From assembly GCA_964188305.1 (NCBI GenBank), contig OZ076890.1: a stretch of DNA of 64,000 bases; one strand, 5' to 3'. The translations under genes and the position numbers were made by a program. The notes below the pieces were generated by a model that had not been told where the DNA came from, did not search any database, and was given only the letters and a program-made list of their open reading frames with translations. Positions within the stretch are counted from its first letter, which is position 1. Every line of letters starts with the position of its first letter. The stretch is from Podarcis bocagei (taxonomy: Eukaryota). Below are positions 61,478 to 64,000 of this stretch, piece after piece.

Positions 61478-62249
61478 ACAGGACCTCACCTGTCTTTTCC
61501 CTTAGGCCTCACAGAAATGTGACTTAACGTTGCCATGAAGTCAAATAGTTGTCATTTTTGTCTTTTCTCCATGAGCACTGGCCTGCAACAATATTTAATA
61601 GGCTGAATTGGTGAGCCATATACAATCCAAGTCAAGAACCAACACTTGGCAGCATTTCTTCAGCTGTGTTGCCTTCTTCCAAGTTTCTAGGGATGTATCC
61701 AACAAAGTTCATTGCCCTGTTAAGTATTATTGGTTTAACTGACACTGAAATGTGAATATCTGTGTATTGGTGAAAAAGTTTGACATGGGAAGATTCCATT
61801 GAAGCTGAAGAACAGCAAGAAGAGCTCTTTCAGAGTTTTGATGAGTCGATAATTAACTAATTGTTGTTTCCTGCTAGCTAACATGTGAGTGTTGTAACCT
61901 TGGATCAGGTAATTAAGGTACTGAGTTGCAAATTCACCATCTTGCAATGGTGGTGGCTGGCTCTTTGTTCTCTCTGTAGAGTGAGGATGTAAATAAAGCT
62001 CTCCCAGAAGCTGCACAGCCTTAGGCAGGCTAAGGCAGCCTGGAATGGGGGAGAGAGGCACCGTTTTGATTTTTGGAGTTATCTTTTATTACTAAGAAGC
62101 CGAGCCTGTGCTGGACAGCACAATATATCTTATGGATATTTTGGAGGTATCATTTACTCTATTTTGTTATGGTTTTGAAGAGTTTTGTAAGAAAAGTTTG
62201 AATAATATTTTCATGGGTCTGAACAATGCTTAATTCCAAAAGGAACGGT

Positions 62250-62352
62250 TTTTTATTATTTATATTTATATACTGCCCATCTGCCACTCTGGGCAGCTCC
62301 CAACAAAATATTTAAAACACAATAAAATATCAAAAATTGAAAACTTCCCTAT
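62250..62352 (-). mobile_element. Short L2 3' UTR fragment
   Basis: TTTATATACTGCCCATCTG..CCACTCTGGGCAGCTCCCAACA, as at 59095-59150. Confidence 0.65.
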
Positions 62353-62366
62353 ACACCACTGTCTTC

Positions 62367-62406
<40 letters not shown>
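62367..62406. repeat. (AGT)n microsatellite
   Basis: Direct inspection. Confidence 0.95.
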
Positions 62407-62825
62407 ATATTTTTTATATGAGAATGAGTGGGGTTTTATTTTCTACACTAATGGCAGGTAACCTAAACCAAAATAATCTGCTGGAACGTATGACAGCACA
62501 TAGGAGAATAATACAGGTATTTGGATATGCTTGAATAAATATAAATTAGATAATATTCTATTGTAAAGAGATTGGTTAATGCAGAAGTAAAATAAATCAA
62601 TAATTTCAGTGCATGTGGCATCTTTATTAATAGCTACTGATTTTTTTACAATCAACGTCACATCACATTAGCAGTGACAAAATAAATACATCTCAAATAC
62701 ATCTCAGAAACCAACTGTTGGGTGACAGCTATATAGCTAGCATCTCCTTTTCCATTTTAAAGAAATCTATGCCCGTACAATCTTGCAACCCCCTGCAATT
62801 GAAATGGCACTTTGCAGAGACAAGG

Positions 62826-62940
62826 ATAGCACAGAATCATAGAGGGGACCCCATGGTTCATGTAGTCCAACCCGCTGCAAAGCAAGAATCTCGACTAAAG
62901 CATCTTTGGATGTTTCGACAGGTTGCCTTCAACTGCAGGA
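62826..62940 (-). mobile_element. CR1 3' fragment
   Basis: CACAGAATCATAGAGGGGACCCC..GGTTCATGTAGTCCAACCC.CTGC.AAGCA.GA. Confidence 0.6.
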
Positions 62941-63399
62941 ACCATGGATGGGGAAGCAGAAAGCAGTAAATGGTTAGGGTATTCACAGTGCTTTTATCTT
63001 CAGGTGGTACTCAAGGGAACACAGTACCGGCATGGTTTTTGTTCGTTTTTTGTTAAAAAGTGTGACACTTACTGTAACAACTTCATGGTGAGTATTTGCA
63101 CCTGTTTTCTTCTAGCCAAAATAAAGCACTAGTTATTTCACCATTCCTTTCACCCACTTTTCAATATCCTATTCAGCCCAAGTGACACACAATCCCTCGC
63201 ATGCAACTTTCTGGGGGCTGCATGTCAGTGTTGGCCATGACCAGAAGCAAAAAGTAGGTGGCACAATCAAAATTGACTCCTCCTTTTGTACAGAAGGTGA
63301 CATACTAGTCACACAAAAGTCCAAAGTTTCTACACTCACACCTCTCCATTCCCCATTCAGGTTTGTGAACAATAATCCTCCCTGCTCTATGTCACATGG

Positions 63400-63536
63400 C
63401 AGGCATAGACAAACTCAGCCCTCCAGATGTTTTTGTACTACAACTCCCATCACCCCCTGACCACTGGTCCTGTTAGTTAGGGATAATGGGAGTTGTAGTC
63501 CAAAAACATCTGGAGGGCCGAGTTTGCCTATGCCTG
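63400..63536. mobile_element. hAT MITE with 8-bp TSD
   Basis: TIR CAGGCATAG.CAAACTC.GCCCTCCAGATGTTTTTG and its mirror; TSD TCACATGG / TCACACGG. Confidence 0.92.
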
Positions 63537-64000
63537 TCACACGGCAAACTACTTTAGAATCTGAAGTAACTTTCAAAGCTTATTTTTGTCATGGGAAGGG
63601 TGTGTATGTTAAACATGAAAGAAATAAAAAGTGACACTTTTGATAACGCTTAAAGTAACTCTTTGGATCCAGACACAAATTTTTAACATCTGTCTATGGA
63701 AATCTGTGAGAATGAACTTCTTCAGGGGAAGTGACATTTAATCTGGAGTTCAGTGCCCTAGGAATCCAATGTGGGTTATTCTACAGAAATAGGTTTAGAA
63801 CTGGAACAACAGCTCCATATTTTAACTCTCTAGACTTACAATGTATAGTACCGATTTTATTCCAGTCAGTGGTGGATTAATTTTATATTCACTTCAGTGA
63901 ATGGACCATTAAATCCGTTATACCATTTATGGCTAGACTGAACATATAGAGAGGAATTCAGAATGAGGTATTAGTGAAAGAGCCTCAGTCTGGATTTCTT

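Noticed and set aside
1-64000. Remaining 60-136 aa ORFs in the track; CRISPR arrays, operons, rRNA, known miRNAs
   Set aside because: The short ORFs overlap repeats or microsatellites or start at non-ATG codons. The DNA is vertebrate, and I recognised no repeat-spacer array, rRNA or mature miRNA sequence.

Overview
This is eukaryotic, AT-rich, repeat-dense DNA. The SINE/LINE complement (Sauria SINEs, Squam3-like SINE, L2, CR1, RTE, L1, hAT and Tc1/mariner MITEs) points to a squamate, most likely a lacertid lizard. The window looks intronic or intergenic, and I could not identify a host protein-coding exon with confidence. The only real coding sequence belongs to a young 4.05-kb Ty1/copia LTR retrotransposon on the minus strand (19322-23374). 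It has 472-bp LTRs with 5 transitions between them by my manual alignment, a 5-bp TSD (CTAAC), a PPT and a PBS. The element is structurally odd: one uninterrupted 889-aa ORF encodes an intact Gag (CCHC) and protease (DTG). These are followed by an integrase that lacks its HHCC finger and has its catalytic Glu replaced (D,D(35)V), no reverse transcriptase, and only a vestige of RNase H. The ORF runs through the PPT and stops inside the 3' LTR. Its PBS is split and extended: complementarity to initiator tRNA-Met runs about 29 nt through the T-arm, with a mismatch exactly opposite m1A58. A diverged solo LTR of a related family lies at 6699-7195. Other items of note are a triple-nested insertion (45888-46931), an unclassified element flanked by a ~120-130-bp direct duplication (50769-51375), bipartite non-autonomous RTE elements, an L1 3' end with a 16-bp TSD that seeded an (AT)n tract, and several candidate enhancer-like segments. 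All alignments were done by eye; no database search was run.
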